From: Paragordius varius
Lineage: Eukaryota; Animalia; Nematomorpha
Assembly: GCA_964247055.1 (NCBI GenBank)
Contig: OZ176056.1
Location: 4,774,001-4,838,000, forward strand
Direction: 5' to 3'
DNA length: 64,000 bases
Under the pieces are notes generated by a model. The model made no database searches. It was not told the origin of the DNA and saw only the letters and a program-made list of their open reading frames with translations. Below, piece after piece: positions 38,420 through 52,600 of this stretch. Position 1 is the stretch's first letter. Every line of letters begins with the position of its first letter. The position numbers and the translations under genes were made by a program.

Positions 38420-39435
38420 CAGTGGCGGAACTATATGTGGGCCCCCCAAGATATAAATATTGCCCCCCCTCCCCCTTCCTCACCAAATTTTCAGTTATCT
38501 TTTGTAGCACATCATTTAGATTCGTAAACAAATATTATATTTAAAAATGATAATAATTACATGACTTGACATCCTGAGTCTAAAAGATTTGCGTTTCTGG
38601 TTTTTTTTTATGATGGTTAGTAACCACCCGCCGCCATTTTTTAAATCCTAACGTTCATTTTCAAAGTTTGAAATAATAACTTATTAAGAGCATGTATTAA
38701 TCAGAAAATCATGTTTTAAAATTTCTCGATTTTGCGTGAGCAAATTTTTTAATTATACCTTTTTATCCATTTGATCCGCCATCTCTGCTTCAATTTCTTG
38801 TAACGATAAAGGCTAAAATTTAATGGATACTGAAAAAAGCATTTTTGCTCTTTCTTCCTTTTACTCAATAATATTAAACAATGAACCCATTTCCTCAAAA
38901 AAATTTAAAATATATAAATTGTCTTTCACACTACTTTAAAAAACAAAATATAATTTTACGCTATATGAATATATTATGCAAATGAGATTTTATTTGCAAA
39001 TATTTTACTTTAACAGAGGCAAAATTACATCTGTCAAAACTATTCTCATAAAATTATAATACTCTAATTTTTAATAACAAAATAATATAGGAAAAATTTA
39101 TAAGAGTCACTTAATTTTTGGTGTCAAGTATCTATACTCATTTATTTATTTTTAACTATTTAAACTTTTTAAGATGTTAACTAGAATAAAGCCGCTTTAA
39201 TATAGTAAAAAAAACATTTTCTACCTTCAAATCAATAATCACTCTCTTTATTCTTTGCCAGTATACTTATTATCAAGCAATCATTACTTACCTATCTGTA
39301 GATAAAAGATAATAAATTTTACCCCCCCCCCCCCGCAAAATAGAAAGGGGCCCCAAATTATAATAAATAAAAAAAGGCTTCTGTTTCTTGTGCCCCCTGC
39401 ACGGTTCCCCCTAGCTCCCTGTAGTTTCACCGCTG
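38420..39435. mobile_element. Non-autonomous hAT/MITE upstream of the LysM gene
   Basis: TIRs CAGTGGCGGAACTA / TAGTTTCACCGCTG (11/14 match). 8-bp TSD GCCTTACA / GCCTTATA. Confidence 0.8.
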
Positions 39436-39869
39436 GCCTTATACCATACTTTTTATAAATAGTCCGAATCTCAGGCGTATAAACTCTAAAATTGATGATG
39501 TTGGATGTAACCAAAAATGTTATATTATTATTATATAATAAAATTAATATGATCTATTATATATTTTTAAACTTTAATACTAATATATTCACCATATTTT
39601 AGTAAGAATAATCAAACTCTCTTAAGTAAAATAAGAAAAAACTTTCTATTTTGAATATCATATTTTTGGTCTTAGTATGATTTAGAGATAGCTGCAAGGT
39701 GTTTTATAAATAGAATATAATAAGAAGTTGTAGCACAAGAATATCTGGTAAAATATTTTTTCATTTATGTTTTTGTGATAAAAAACTATATAAAATTTTA
39801 ATTAGAGACAATGATTCCAACATATAGTTTTTAACGCATTCATTCTGAATCGAATTGGGAAAATATGTG

Positions 39870-42624
39870 ATGGATTTCGAGCGAACGGCATTTACAGCCG
39901 ATAGGCCAAAGCAATCTTATGGTACTATGCGAAAAACCATTGGCAACATTAATAATTTGCAAAATGGATATATAAACTACAAAGTTATACATGGCGATAC
40001 TTTGCAGGGTATAGCTTTGAAACATGACATTACGGTTAAAAAAAATTTTAATACGATAGATGGCTGAATTAAAGCGTATAAATAGAATTTGGACAAACGA
40101 TGCACTTTTCATTGACAGAGTTCTAAAAATACCAACAAAATACAATTCCAAAACATCTAAACACATTCCTTCAGATTTAATTGGGTATGTATCTTGCCTA
40201 TTTTAATGCTAACGCCAAACATTTGAGAAACATTTATTTAGATGGTGAAATTAAACATATTATATAATTAATTTCATTTTACAAAAATAGTTTATATATA
40301 TGGTAAAAATTGTATATTTATTCTATTACGTCGAATTTGTGATGCCTAAATTTCAATTTAAATTTTCCCTGAGGCGATGCGTTAAATTTACATGCCTTAT
40401 AAAATACTTAGTAGATCTTTGTTTGCTGCCTTGCGAGCACCTTTCTCATTGGGTATAAATTTCTTTATTTTTTATGTATTTTTTACTAAAATATCTTATT
40501 TTTGATAGCTTATTGTCATTAAAAGCATCTATAACAGTGCATCTATATTTTTTTCTTTTCATGATCTTTCAATTCTTTTTTCTTAATGATTGCATCCAAT
40601 TGTTTTTGATATAATTCCGGTTCCCACTAATTTCTCTTGTTTCGGTTTCATATATTTCTTATTTAAATCGGTAGTTATATTACTGAAGGTATTTGCCGAA
40701 AAACTTCGAGGTTTTATTGATTTTCTGGTCCATTCGAGTATTTGTTGCATATCAAATTTACAATATAACCAAATGCATAAACATGAGCCACAAAAATATA
40801 CCGAACACCGAATAAATGTAAATCAGGTAAAGAAATATTAATTAATAAAATAAACCATGTTTTAAAATGAGAATGCCTGGAAAAAACATTTTTTGGACCC
40901 GTGCGAGGTATTGATTTTTGTAAAGATGCCGGTGAAAAAATATATTTTAATTATAATCTCATACATATTTTTATTGTCATTAGATGAAATTGATTCATTA
41001 TTGGTTATATTAATAAAACACTTGTCTGAATTGTTTAATAAGTAATAAATTTATTTAGAAAAAAAAAATGGTTTAAATTTACCAAATACCTAAGTAAAGA
41101 AGTTTCGTTGTCAATTAAAAAACATTTAATATTAAGTAAAACGAGTACAGCGAATACATAAAAATTAAAAAAGAATGTTTATATTAAATATAAAACATCA
41201 AATAAATTGGGATAGGCCAAATTCGAGCAAATATCATGTAAAAACTATTATACAATCGGCCTATGTTTCCAAATTTTTTAGTTATATTTAAATTATATCA
41301 TGTTGCTTTAAATAAATATTTATTTTAGCAAAGTTCCATATATTGTATATTTATGAAAAAAATAAGTTTTTATACTTTAATATTGTAAAAAGATAGCTTA
41401 TTATTTTGACTGCACTTAAGGTGTGCATCATCCATGTTAAACTGGCTAAGTTTTTTTCCAACTGCAAAAAATATATCTGGTATTTTTTTAATCTTTTGTC
41501 AAATAATAATCGTTTAAGAGCATATTTATATTATAAATCTATTAAGATTAATTTGATTTCAACATTGAGCTGATAATAGTTTTATATCAACCAAATGGAG
41601 AAAGGTTTTATAAAAATTCATATTCGAAGAAGAATAGAACATTTTCAAAACATACAATTCCTAATACGTATAATAATTGAACTTTATTTCACATTTTTGA
41701 TTTTGGCAAAAATGAGATATATCTACTTTAGAATTAAAGAGATAAGTTATTTAGATTGCCTTTATACCCAATTTCGGTATTACTAAAAAAATTTCGTATT
41801 ATTATAGCAATAGTTTCTATTTATATATTCATAGATCTTCGCCTTCTACTTCCTTTCAGTCTCCTAATGATATGTATGAAAAATCACAAGTTACATTTTC
41901 TGCAGAATCTCAACAAAATCTGTACTCAAGTTTTGGGCCTGAGCTGAATCGTTTTACCAACAATGCTGAAGCGATATCCACATCATATTATTTCCAACAA
42001 CCATATAACAATAATATTGTAGATAACTTTAATGGTTATAAAACTTTTCCACCTAACAATAATAATGATTTTTGTCCTAGCACCGAGTATAAAAAGTATC
42101 AAACTATTGATACGTCATCCATCTCTAATGCCTCTTTCACAACCAATAATACGACAAGCGATTTAACTGACCTTATATATGATGAAATGGGAAAAAACAG
42201 TATTGTCTGTATTACGCAAAATAATCCAACAAGTAATTCATCTGACACGAATTCAGCCAATTCCGAATTCTATGTTTCGTTTGATGGCCCTGGCAATAGC
42301 AGCCATATGAATGCCGATTCAAACATTGATTTTTCTTTTGAATCGAATCAACCCACATTGAAAGCAATTTCACCTGTTCACCCTTCCTATACACATTTAA
42401 ATCATTTGAGTCCCATGGTTAAAGTCCTAACAGGAACAATAAGGAACGGGGGTAATGAGCAACCACATAAATACGGTTCGTCTAATTCACTCTTGGGGAC
42501 TTTTACAAATTTTTTGCAGACGAGTCGATCAGGCTCTAAAACTAGTCTTAACAGCAACAATGTGAAACAGGCCAATTTCAAGGCAAAAACATCTAAAGCA
42601 CCTTCGGAAATGATTGAGTTATGA
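39870..42624 (+). CDS. LysM domain-containing protein, LYSMD1/2-like (about 359 aa)
   Basis: Exons 39870-40034, 40060-40184 and 41835-42624 total 1080 nt, in frame. The LysM motif is YKVIHGDTLQGIALKHDIT|MAELKRINRIWTNDALFIDRVLKIP, preceded by the family-like SYG motif and followed by an N/S/T-rich tail. Confidence 0.88.
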
Positions 42625-42705
42625 ACTTTTTATACGCTTTATATGGGATATTAATGGAAACTATATAATGGATATATTCATACCTCTTTATATTTAATTT
42701 GGTGC

Positions 42706-42711
42706 AATAAA
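42706..42711 (+). promoter_or_regulatory. Candidate polyadenylation signal of the LysM gene
   Basis: AATAAA about 80 nt after the stop, followed by a T-rich tract. Confidence 0.4.
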
Positions 42712-44818
42712 GTTTTTTTTAATTGTTTGAGCACCAATGCTCAATAAACCTTCACACATAAAAAAACAAATTATTTTTATTATTCACACTTGTAAATATT
42801 ATCACAAATTATATATAAATTATCCATTATTTATTGCATGAAATATTTTTTATATTATTAATAAATTTATTATAGTTTTTTATGTTTAATTTGTTTTGCG
42901 TTTCACAACAAATAGCCTCTATCTGTCGAACTATGACTTTGTAGATATCTAATAATTATTCTCGTTTTTTGCACACTTAATTTTCTCACACATTAAATAT
43001 AAAAATATTATGGGGTTTTTTGTTTAAAAGTTTTATGATATAAGAATTTTTTTTACTAAAATATAATTTATTACATTATACGAAAATTATCAAAACAGCT
43101 GATATCAAAATCAAATGCACAACATATTTTTTAGTTACTTTTAGCATTTAACAAATTTAAAATTGTAGAATAAGGTGAAATTAATTTTACAATTTACAAC
43201 AATATAGTTTAAAAAAATGTGGCTAAAAGATTATAATATGCATTTTAAAACTGTCTAAATATTATCGGTACAGTATTATTATTTAAATGATATTGAATGT
43301 TTTTATTGATGATAGTTGTTTTTAAAGCACTTGCTTCGATTCATATATATCGAAATATAAAAATTAAAATTTAAGTACTAACAATGTGTGTTAATAATTG
43401 AGTTCATCAAATATTTAGCGCTGTATTTGGTTCGCATAACTTGCCCATTTTTTAAAGTTACTAGCTATTAGACAGTGTTTAAAAATACTTGATATATTCT
43501 AATAAAAAATTATATCGGGATGATCATGGTGCTTTCGTTTATGTCCCTTAAGAGTTGGTTGTTTTACACTTTTGTTGCAGTCCCCCACATCAGAAAATGG
43601 CAAAATTTGCGCCTATTTTTATATTTTTTGCTGGCTAAATGCTCTATTCCGTAATATATCACTAAAAATATCATAACCATATATATAAAGCAAAATAATG
43701 TTAAAAAATAATTTTAAGATGTAGGCTCCAAAAGTCTCAAATCTTTTTGCTTTTCTAAAATTAGCTAGTTTTGTTTAAATAAACGCAAAAATGCTTACTA
43801 AGTTTGTGATATTGTTTTTAATTGTCTTATAAAATTTTTTAGAGTTGAATCCTATTAAATAAATATTTAGCAAACTGTTGAAGTGTACATACAATTTTGG
43901 GGCATGATGAAAACGTTATTAAACGTTTTAATATATAAGAATATATTTTCTATCAAATAAATGATCCTCAGAACTTGGATTCGTTTGTCCCTATATTTAT
44001 ATTATATTGGTTTTTTTACAAACTTTACAAAAATTTGAAATTAAAAGAACCGTTATTTTAAAAGTAGCTGAAATAATTAGCATAATCGAATTATCAGCAT
44101 GCTTTCTTAGTATCGATAGCGTTGTTATACCGTTTTTCTTAATACACTATGCAATAAACTTCAATAATTTTTGCCTAAAACTATTTATAAATAGTATGAA
44201 TTTTGTAAATATGTTTTTTTGTTAAATATCTATATTTAGCACACATTTGCAAGTTGCAATGTTTTATCTTTTGCTTTTATTCAAGACCATTTACCCTAAA
44301 TTGAAAAAATTTTGGAATTCAGAGCCAATTATTTTGCTTTGTTTTTCACTGTAGTTTCAGATATTTAAATCTATTTAAATGAAGCATTTGGATATCATCA
44401 AAAGATAATCAAGAGAATGTGCGAAAATTATATGGAGAACTTACTACAAATTTGAAAATAACTTTCTTAAATTAATTCCATTGCCCACCAAAATCATGAT
44501 GAACCTGATCCATTTTTATAAAGAATATATATTTCATCGGGATATTAGTGGTCACTGTACTAGTTTCTCCATTTTTTTATATCGAGAAATTTATGACAAA
44601 AATTTAGAAATTTTGACACTTCCAAAACTAAAAGCACAAATCCTTATTCATTTGTTTATTAGATATTTTTTTAATCAAATTTTTGTTGCATTTTTTCTAG
44701 GTGTACTGTCAATATCTTAAAGTGTCTGTTATCAAGCATTCACTTCTACAAATACGTTTGGGTTAGTTAGAATTTAATGTAATTGTATCAGCAGTTAACC
44801 AATTCACGTTTAATCCAA

Positions 44819-47158
44819 ATGGATGCGTTTGAAATCGACCAGGATGATTTAGAGTTTGCTTTAAATCCTCATTCAAGGCGAAGGAAATTAACCAAAGAAC
44901 AGCAATTATATGGTAACATGTTTTTAATTAAAATAAAATAATTTTTTATTTACTTTTCTTTTAATAAATAGGAATTTGGGCCGATGAAGATGAAACAGAA
45001 AATGAGAAACAGTATTTTGGATCCTCTGTTAAAGCTAAACGGAATTTCGCAGCTAAATCTGTAACTGATCCTATAGGCTTTGTTAGCGGAGGGTTAGCGA
45101 AACCGGCAGATGAATTAGACGAGGATAAGGTTATACTTAACAAAAATAAAGGAAGAACTTAAATATATTTTCACTAAAAACCCTAAATAAAAATGATAAA
45201 TACTGAATTTTAATCACTCGACGGTAATTCAAATAATGCCTATTTTCAAAGTTGTAATTATAAAAAAGTATATTTTTTTAAAAAAATTGTTTAGTATATG
45301 CATTTTATGTGTATAAATTATATTTTTGCATAATTTAGGAATCTGAAAATATTCCATTTAGTGATGACGAATATGAAGCCAACGAGCAATTCGAAACGAC
45401 TTTGTCACAAAAAGCTCGGAATGACTTTCAAAGCAACAAACAGCCAAAAAAGTTTGTCAATTTTTATGAACGTGAGGAAACAGAACAAAGGTTTTTTTCT
45501 TTTAATAAATAAGAATGAGTATTGAAAAATTCAAAAGTTTTATAGGTCCCTTTCTAACTTTAAACATTTAACATTGAGTAATTTTATTATGTATTAATCT
45601 GCATTTGGGAATTAATTTATTTTTAAAGGAATTTGCTGTAATTTTTAACAATGATATTTTATATAATTCAAAATATTAATATCATACTAATATATGATAA
45701 AGCTCAAATATTGTAGATATGTCAAATGTGCCAAAATATTGTATTATGCAAAATTAACTTTCAACCAAAAAATAAACTTTATTAAAAATTTATTATAAAT
45801 GATTTATTATATATGCAATTATAATTCAGCTAAAATTATATAAATTTATTATAATATTTCAATTACTACAAGTAATCTTTGTCAAACGTAAATAAATTAT
45901 TTATTTTTTATATATGATGTAATATAGTTAATGAAGGCATTTTTGTTTCCCAAATTTGGAACATGTATATATACATTTATATAGCACAAAAATTGGTGAT
46001 TGGGAAAGACATACCAAAGGTATAGGTCAAAAGCTTTTGTTACAAGTATTATTCTTGATTGCTTATTAATTTTGACGATTAATTTATTTAAACATAAAAA
46101 AAATTTCTTTAAATAATGTAACCTTCGGTATATCTTATAAATCACCTGATTTACATATATCGGTTCATCATTTATTTCTTCATTTATTTATGTGAACAGA
46201 TGGGCTACCAAAGTGGCAAGGGTCTGGGTAAACACGGTCAGGGTCAAACTCAACCCGTGTTAGCGGTTAAAAGGAAGGGAAAAGGTGCCATAGGTGCTTA
46301 TGGACCAGAAATCCCTGCATCAGCTGTTAACGATGAGCAAACGGAGCATGCATTCACTCGCTCAGATGGGAAAACAACAGCTGTCCAAGCAAAAAAAGGC
46401 AGAAATTGGAGAAAAGGACATGATGATGATGCGAAAGAACTTACAATAGATGATGTATATTTTTAACATATTTGATTAAAACACTCTAACTTTTTATAAA
46501 TTTTACTATTTTAATGATTGGATTATATAATAATGTTTTGTGAAGAGAAAGAGAAGTCTCTATCTTGCTTTTTTTGAGGAAAAATTAGTTCTTTTTTGGC
46601 TAACATTAATGTTAAATGGCTTATTATAATTTTTTTTATTAATTTTTACTTTTTTTGGTAATTCATGCATTTAGGCAAATATTTCGAAATTGATATAAAT
46701 TTAATCTGGTCAAAGGTAAAATAGCTTTAAACTTTAATTTTTTAATTCCGTTTAATCTAAAAATTTACATGTTTTAAACTATACATTTTTGAGAGTCAAT
46801 TTGAATTATATTTTATGTTATAATAAATTTTTTACAAAACCAAAACCTTTTTTTTCATAAAGCACCGTATATTTAATCAGGATATTATATATGTTAGAAC
46901 GATAACAGAGTAGCAATGAGTCAAGATGACGAAAATTTACCACTAACAAACCTACTTCCCTTTTGGGCTGCCTCTGGAAGCAAATCAAGCAGCCAGTTAA
47001 AAAATGAACAAATGCATAATGTTAAAGTTATCGATATGACGGGAAAAGAGACTAAAATTTTGACGGGTATCATATTTAATTAGTTTTAAAAAATGTTTTG
47101 CAGTAAAATGAAACAGTTAAAACCTAATTTTGTTAAAAAGTAATATTTTTAAACCTTG

Positions 47159-47195
<37 letters not shown>

Positions 47196-49617
47196 TATAA
47201 CCTCTATAGTGGGTAAATATTTTATATTTTATTATTGTAGTCAAGATATATTAATTAAGTATCAAATAAATATGGCTTTAGCCTTCTAATGTTATGTAGT
47301 TATTAAAAGTTAATTACACATCTTTTTTGAGAAAAACATAGGAGTTCACAAAAAAAGATATATAAATTGTGACTTAATTCGTAAAATCCCAATATTGATA
47401 TTTGATAAAAAAATAAATATATTTATTCTTGAATAAATTAAATATTATTTGTATTATATTGCGTCACAGGGTATGATTCTATTGCTAATCGTATGACACG
47501 ACCCGATGAACAAAACTATGCAGAAAAAAATGCCCTTAACTATGCAGAAGACAAGCCACAACATCGTTTTTTTGATATGCCATCTTTACTACATAATTTA
47601 GATGCCTTGATACGTCAAAGTAACACTGCACTCAGTACTAATCGTAAACGCTTTGCCTATGAAGTTCAACAGAACGAAGCACTACAAGAAAAACGAGAAC
47701 GCTTACAAGAAAGTTTAACTACCGTGCAAAATGAACTTGATCGACTTGAGCAACTTACGAGTTTTATTGACAAGTATGGCTTGATTTATACATTTTGATA
47801 TATATTGTTTTTAAAATAAATGATACTATGTTTTCCAGTTTTATTTTATATTAACTTTTTTTGTTATGGATTTGTATTTTAGCATAGTATATTTGGCAAA
47901 GGATAAGCTTTTGGTTTATTACAATTTTTTGGATAACACGTTTGAGCGATAGCGAAATTTATTTAAATATTTCTTATGCCCTAAAATAAATATTCAAAAG
48001 CTAACAATTTTGCTTGTATTACATTTTAATATAAAATTGCCTAACACTAATTAGTTTAGTGTAATTTTTGGAAATCATTTAAAATTTTGTCAATTTGGCT
48101 ATTGATTATGAATAGTTTATTTTGAAATTATAATTCTTTTAACTAATTAATTAATTTAAAACCATTATTTAAGTATACATTTTATTATTGTTCCTATTAA
48201 ACAAGCTACAACCAATCTTAATTATTTTAAAATAATTGAAAATTAAATTTTTATCTAGATATGTATGATTTTTCATACAAATTTAATTATACAGTAGACC
48301 TCTTTTTCTAATACAGTAGTAACAACGGTTGCAATTAAACATTTTAAAATAAATTTTTTTTATTATTAATCTTTTAAATACCCTACATTATTGTGTAAAA
48401 ATACATGATTAATTATCCGCATTAGACCCCTTTTTTTAAAAAATTCAAATTAATTTTTTAACGAAATTAATTATTGGTTTTCACAGTTTTATTGTTATTG
48501 GCTCTTTATAGTGATTTAAGGATAGAAATATTCATTTTTTGGTGATTTAAGTGCAACATTTTTAAAATTGGAAAAATAGGCAGTTTTTTATTTAAAAAAA
48601 TTTAATTTTTTAATTTAGCTTAGCATCAAACGATTTACAAAAGGGTGTAGACAATGAATATGCATCTGACATGAATAGAAATAATACAAAACATTTCAAA
48701 AACGTTGAAAACTGTAAAGAACTGATTTTGGCCTTTAAAACGCAATTCCAAACCGAGCTTAAATTGTACGATCTGAAACACATAATAACTACAATAGTTT
48801 ATCCTATGGTAATGTCACTAATTGATAAATATGTTTTGCAGTAAAAATTGGTATTATAAGGATAAATCTGTTAATAGAGAAACATATTTTATTAAGACAA
48901 TTATAATTTTTTCAACCAAATTTTGTGGTTAATCTATATTTTTGGATACCAATATAAGAAATAGAGCTGTAAAATGATACCACATAAAAGTATGGGTACC
49001 TCTTTTTTTAACTTTTGTCTTTAGGTACATTTTCTCTTAAAATTTGCCGTTTTGACTTTTAAACTCCGTTTCTTTATAATTGTAATAAAACAAGCGCAAA
49101 TATTGGCCACTAAGAAAGAATGTTTTAAATGGTGAATTTTTCAGTTTTTTTTAAAAGACCTACTTTATATACTCATTAAATTTTAATTCTTTAAAGCACT
49201 TGACATACTCCAAATTTATTTATCCTGAAACACAAAACAAAAGAATAGTATTTTAATTTATTTATATTTATTATATAGTTTACAGAACTTTTAGAGGGTT
49301 GGAATCCGTTGGATGACCCTACTTATGCCTTAGATATCATTGTAGAATGGAAATCTATCCTTCACGATTTCGAACTGGATGTTAAATTGGAAACACAAGC
49401 AAATTTGGATATATATGGTACCTATTACTTTTTTCTTCTTGTATCGAAATCAAAGTTTTTTTTCGATACTAAAAATGAAGGAGATCTCAGTACCAGATAT
49501 TTTAACATATGTTTTTTAATTTTATCGTTTTAGCCTTTATATAAGTTTAATACTACATTGAGCATTAACATATAATTAAAATAAGGTTTTACGATTCCAA
49601 TACTCTAATTTAATGCG

Positions 49618-49655
<38 letters not shown>

Positions 49656-52600
49656 GTGATTATACAACGCAATATGGAATGCGAGATAATGTTTTATTGA
49701 TGAAAGACGACCATTTTGAAGATGTGACATTCCAAAAAATGTTATGGCACATTTGGTTACCTAAATTACGAAAAACTATTCAAAGGTCAGTAATAATAAT
49801 GAATTATTTACCATTCATATTCACCATTTTTTTCCATTCTTTACCAAATACTTATATCCATTTAACGAAAAAAATAAAATACATTTTTGATAAAATAAAC
49901 GATACATGACTTTACGATGAATAATCCTGTTTTTTGAGTTTTACTAAATAGATTTGGTTTGATTCTTGGAATTTAGTTTAGTTCAGTGCGAGTGATATAT
50001 ATAATATATATATATATGTACACCATTACCCTTGAACAATTTAAATTCACCCTCAAATATATATTATATGTGTTTTCGGTTCGGGCTAATATAACTCAAT
50101 AATGAAATATATTTCCATAGTTTATTTTTTTCAGTATTATAATTTTAATATTAAACAAAATACCATTTTTTAAATATATAAAAAAATATATATGTAATTT
50201 TTAATCTCAAAACACTAAGGTGAATTTGAATTGTTCGAGGGGTGAATTTGAGGTGTAAATGGTATATTATATTTTATTCTGTTTACTTTATACAATACTC
50301 AGCAAATTTTTACCCCCTTTTTTGTACATTTTTCCCCCGGAAACGTTAAAATTTACATCCATTAATTTATTTATTTATATAGTGAATGGGTTATAGAAAC
50401 AACTAGTAATACGGACCAAAATAAAAGTAATAATGGCAATAAAAATTTAAGTACGACAGAAGCCCTGATTGAATGCTTGAGTGTTTGGTCTGAATTTTTA
50501 CCAAATTGGTTAAATGTGTACATTAGACAAAATCTTATATTACCCAAACTAATGCATCACCTAGAAAATGTTTGGGATCCTACCAAAGACATTATACCTG
50601 TACATGTTTGGGTACACCCCTGGTTACCATTTTTGGGTAATAATTTATATATGCTAGTTTTTTTAATAGATATAAATTTTAATTTTATTTTGATGTGTGT
50701 ATATGAAAAATATGTATTTTTCCATCCGTTTTTATTCTTCATTTTTCCAATATAATAATTCCTTTTTCCAATAATGAATGCTATTTCGTAATATGTATGA
50801 AAAACTTGTTGCAACGTATATATTTACTCACGACTTTGTTTACCTCTAGACTATATTAACTTTGGTAATGTTAATATTTATGGTAGTTGGGTATATGTTA
50901 TCATTGCATTTGTAACGGTTAAAAAACCTACCGAATATTCCCAAATTATATAAGGGTTCTCAATTATATTATAATATGCCCCTAATTAGATCCTGAACTC
51001 GTTGAATTCCATATTTCACCCACGATTCGAGCTAAACTCGGTTCGGCCCTCACAGCTGGTTGGAGGCCAGCTGATAAATCTGCGCGCGCCATGTTTTTGC
51101 CATGGGTTACGGCTACCACCGGACAATTAGATGTTTCCGGTCACGAGGATAGCGAATCACGTGATTCTTGGGCTATTTTCCCACCCAGGGAAACGGAAAC
51201 GTTCCTTATGCGCTATATTATGCCTAAACTTGCGGATTTAGCACATACAAAACTTAATGTATCATTTATTTCGCGATACACTTTATCAATTTTTTTGTGT
51301 CGACTATTTTGTACATGGCTTTTTTTACCTGCTCTTGTTTTTAATGGTTGATATGAATGTTATTTATTTTCATTAAAATATGAGCCTTTTCATAATGAAA
51401 ACTGCAGTTTTTTTCATAAAAAGGCGTTTTACTCTACTTATCCAAAACTATATTCCCTATGTACCATTAAAGTTAATTCATAAAACTTGTTTATATGGTA
51501 TATAATAAATAATTTTGCCTTACTTATGTATTATTATGTTTTACAAAAATTCTTAATGATCAATTTTTTTATAATACTGTTATATACATTAATAATTTAC
51601 TTTTATCAACAAAAATATTGTAAAGTATAAAAAGTTGTCGCTTTTAATAAACATAAAAAAAGATGTTTTTTGTGATGTTCATAAACCTTACTTATATTTA
51701 TTTGAGTATTACACCAAAACTATTTAACTAATCTCTTTTTTGGTTTTAGAGCCCACCTGGAACCAAATCAAATTTGGTCGAACAATCTTTATTGATGCCA
51801 ACAGACACTATGTTACAACATATAAATGAATGGTCTACCAATGAATGGTTATGGATTCTTGATTGGGCTGATGTTTTTGATTCATATGCTGAACACACTT
51901 CTAAATTCAATGCAACGACAATATCATCAAATTATGACTCAATTGCTAAAAATACCCCTATTTTGGGTATATTTTATGGATTAATTCTCTTAAGATTATA
52001 TTTTTTATTTAAAAATTATTAACATTTAAAAAAATAACATTTTAATCCGTAAATATTTAAGTTTTTTTGTTTTAAAAGAATTTACTTGTTTGATTTAATT
52101 TTATCAGGAATTAAAAATGAATTATTTTTATTTTTAACTATAAAATATTTGCTTATAAACGGAATCGTTTAGTGTAATGATGTTTATTTTAGTTTTATAT
52201 ATTATTTCCTTTACTTGGGACGTAAAAAGATTTATAACATTTTTAATGAGTTTATAGTTTAAATTTAAAAACAACTTCATTTTTGATGGGATGCCATAGA
52301 GCATTATTGTCATAGTATACGATTTAATGCTTTAGAAAAAATTTTTGGTAGGTTATCTTTTTTTTCGGTTATTGATATTCAAATTAAAAACAAAAATAAA
52401 TAGAAAAATAAATAAAAAAAACATATTTTTTGGTTCCATTCTTCTAGCATTGTATTAGTCATGTCTTTGGTGTACCGTAAATATCACCATAAAAACATAA
52501 TTTATTTTGCTTTGGGATAGCGTTTTCTGTACTGGGCGTATCTCCATTTTATTTCAAAGTCTTTCTTTCCTTATACACATTATGAATCGTTTCTCGGCTT

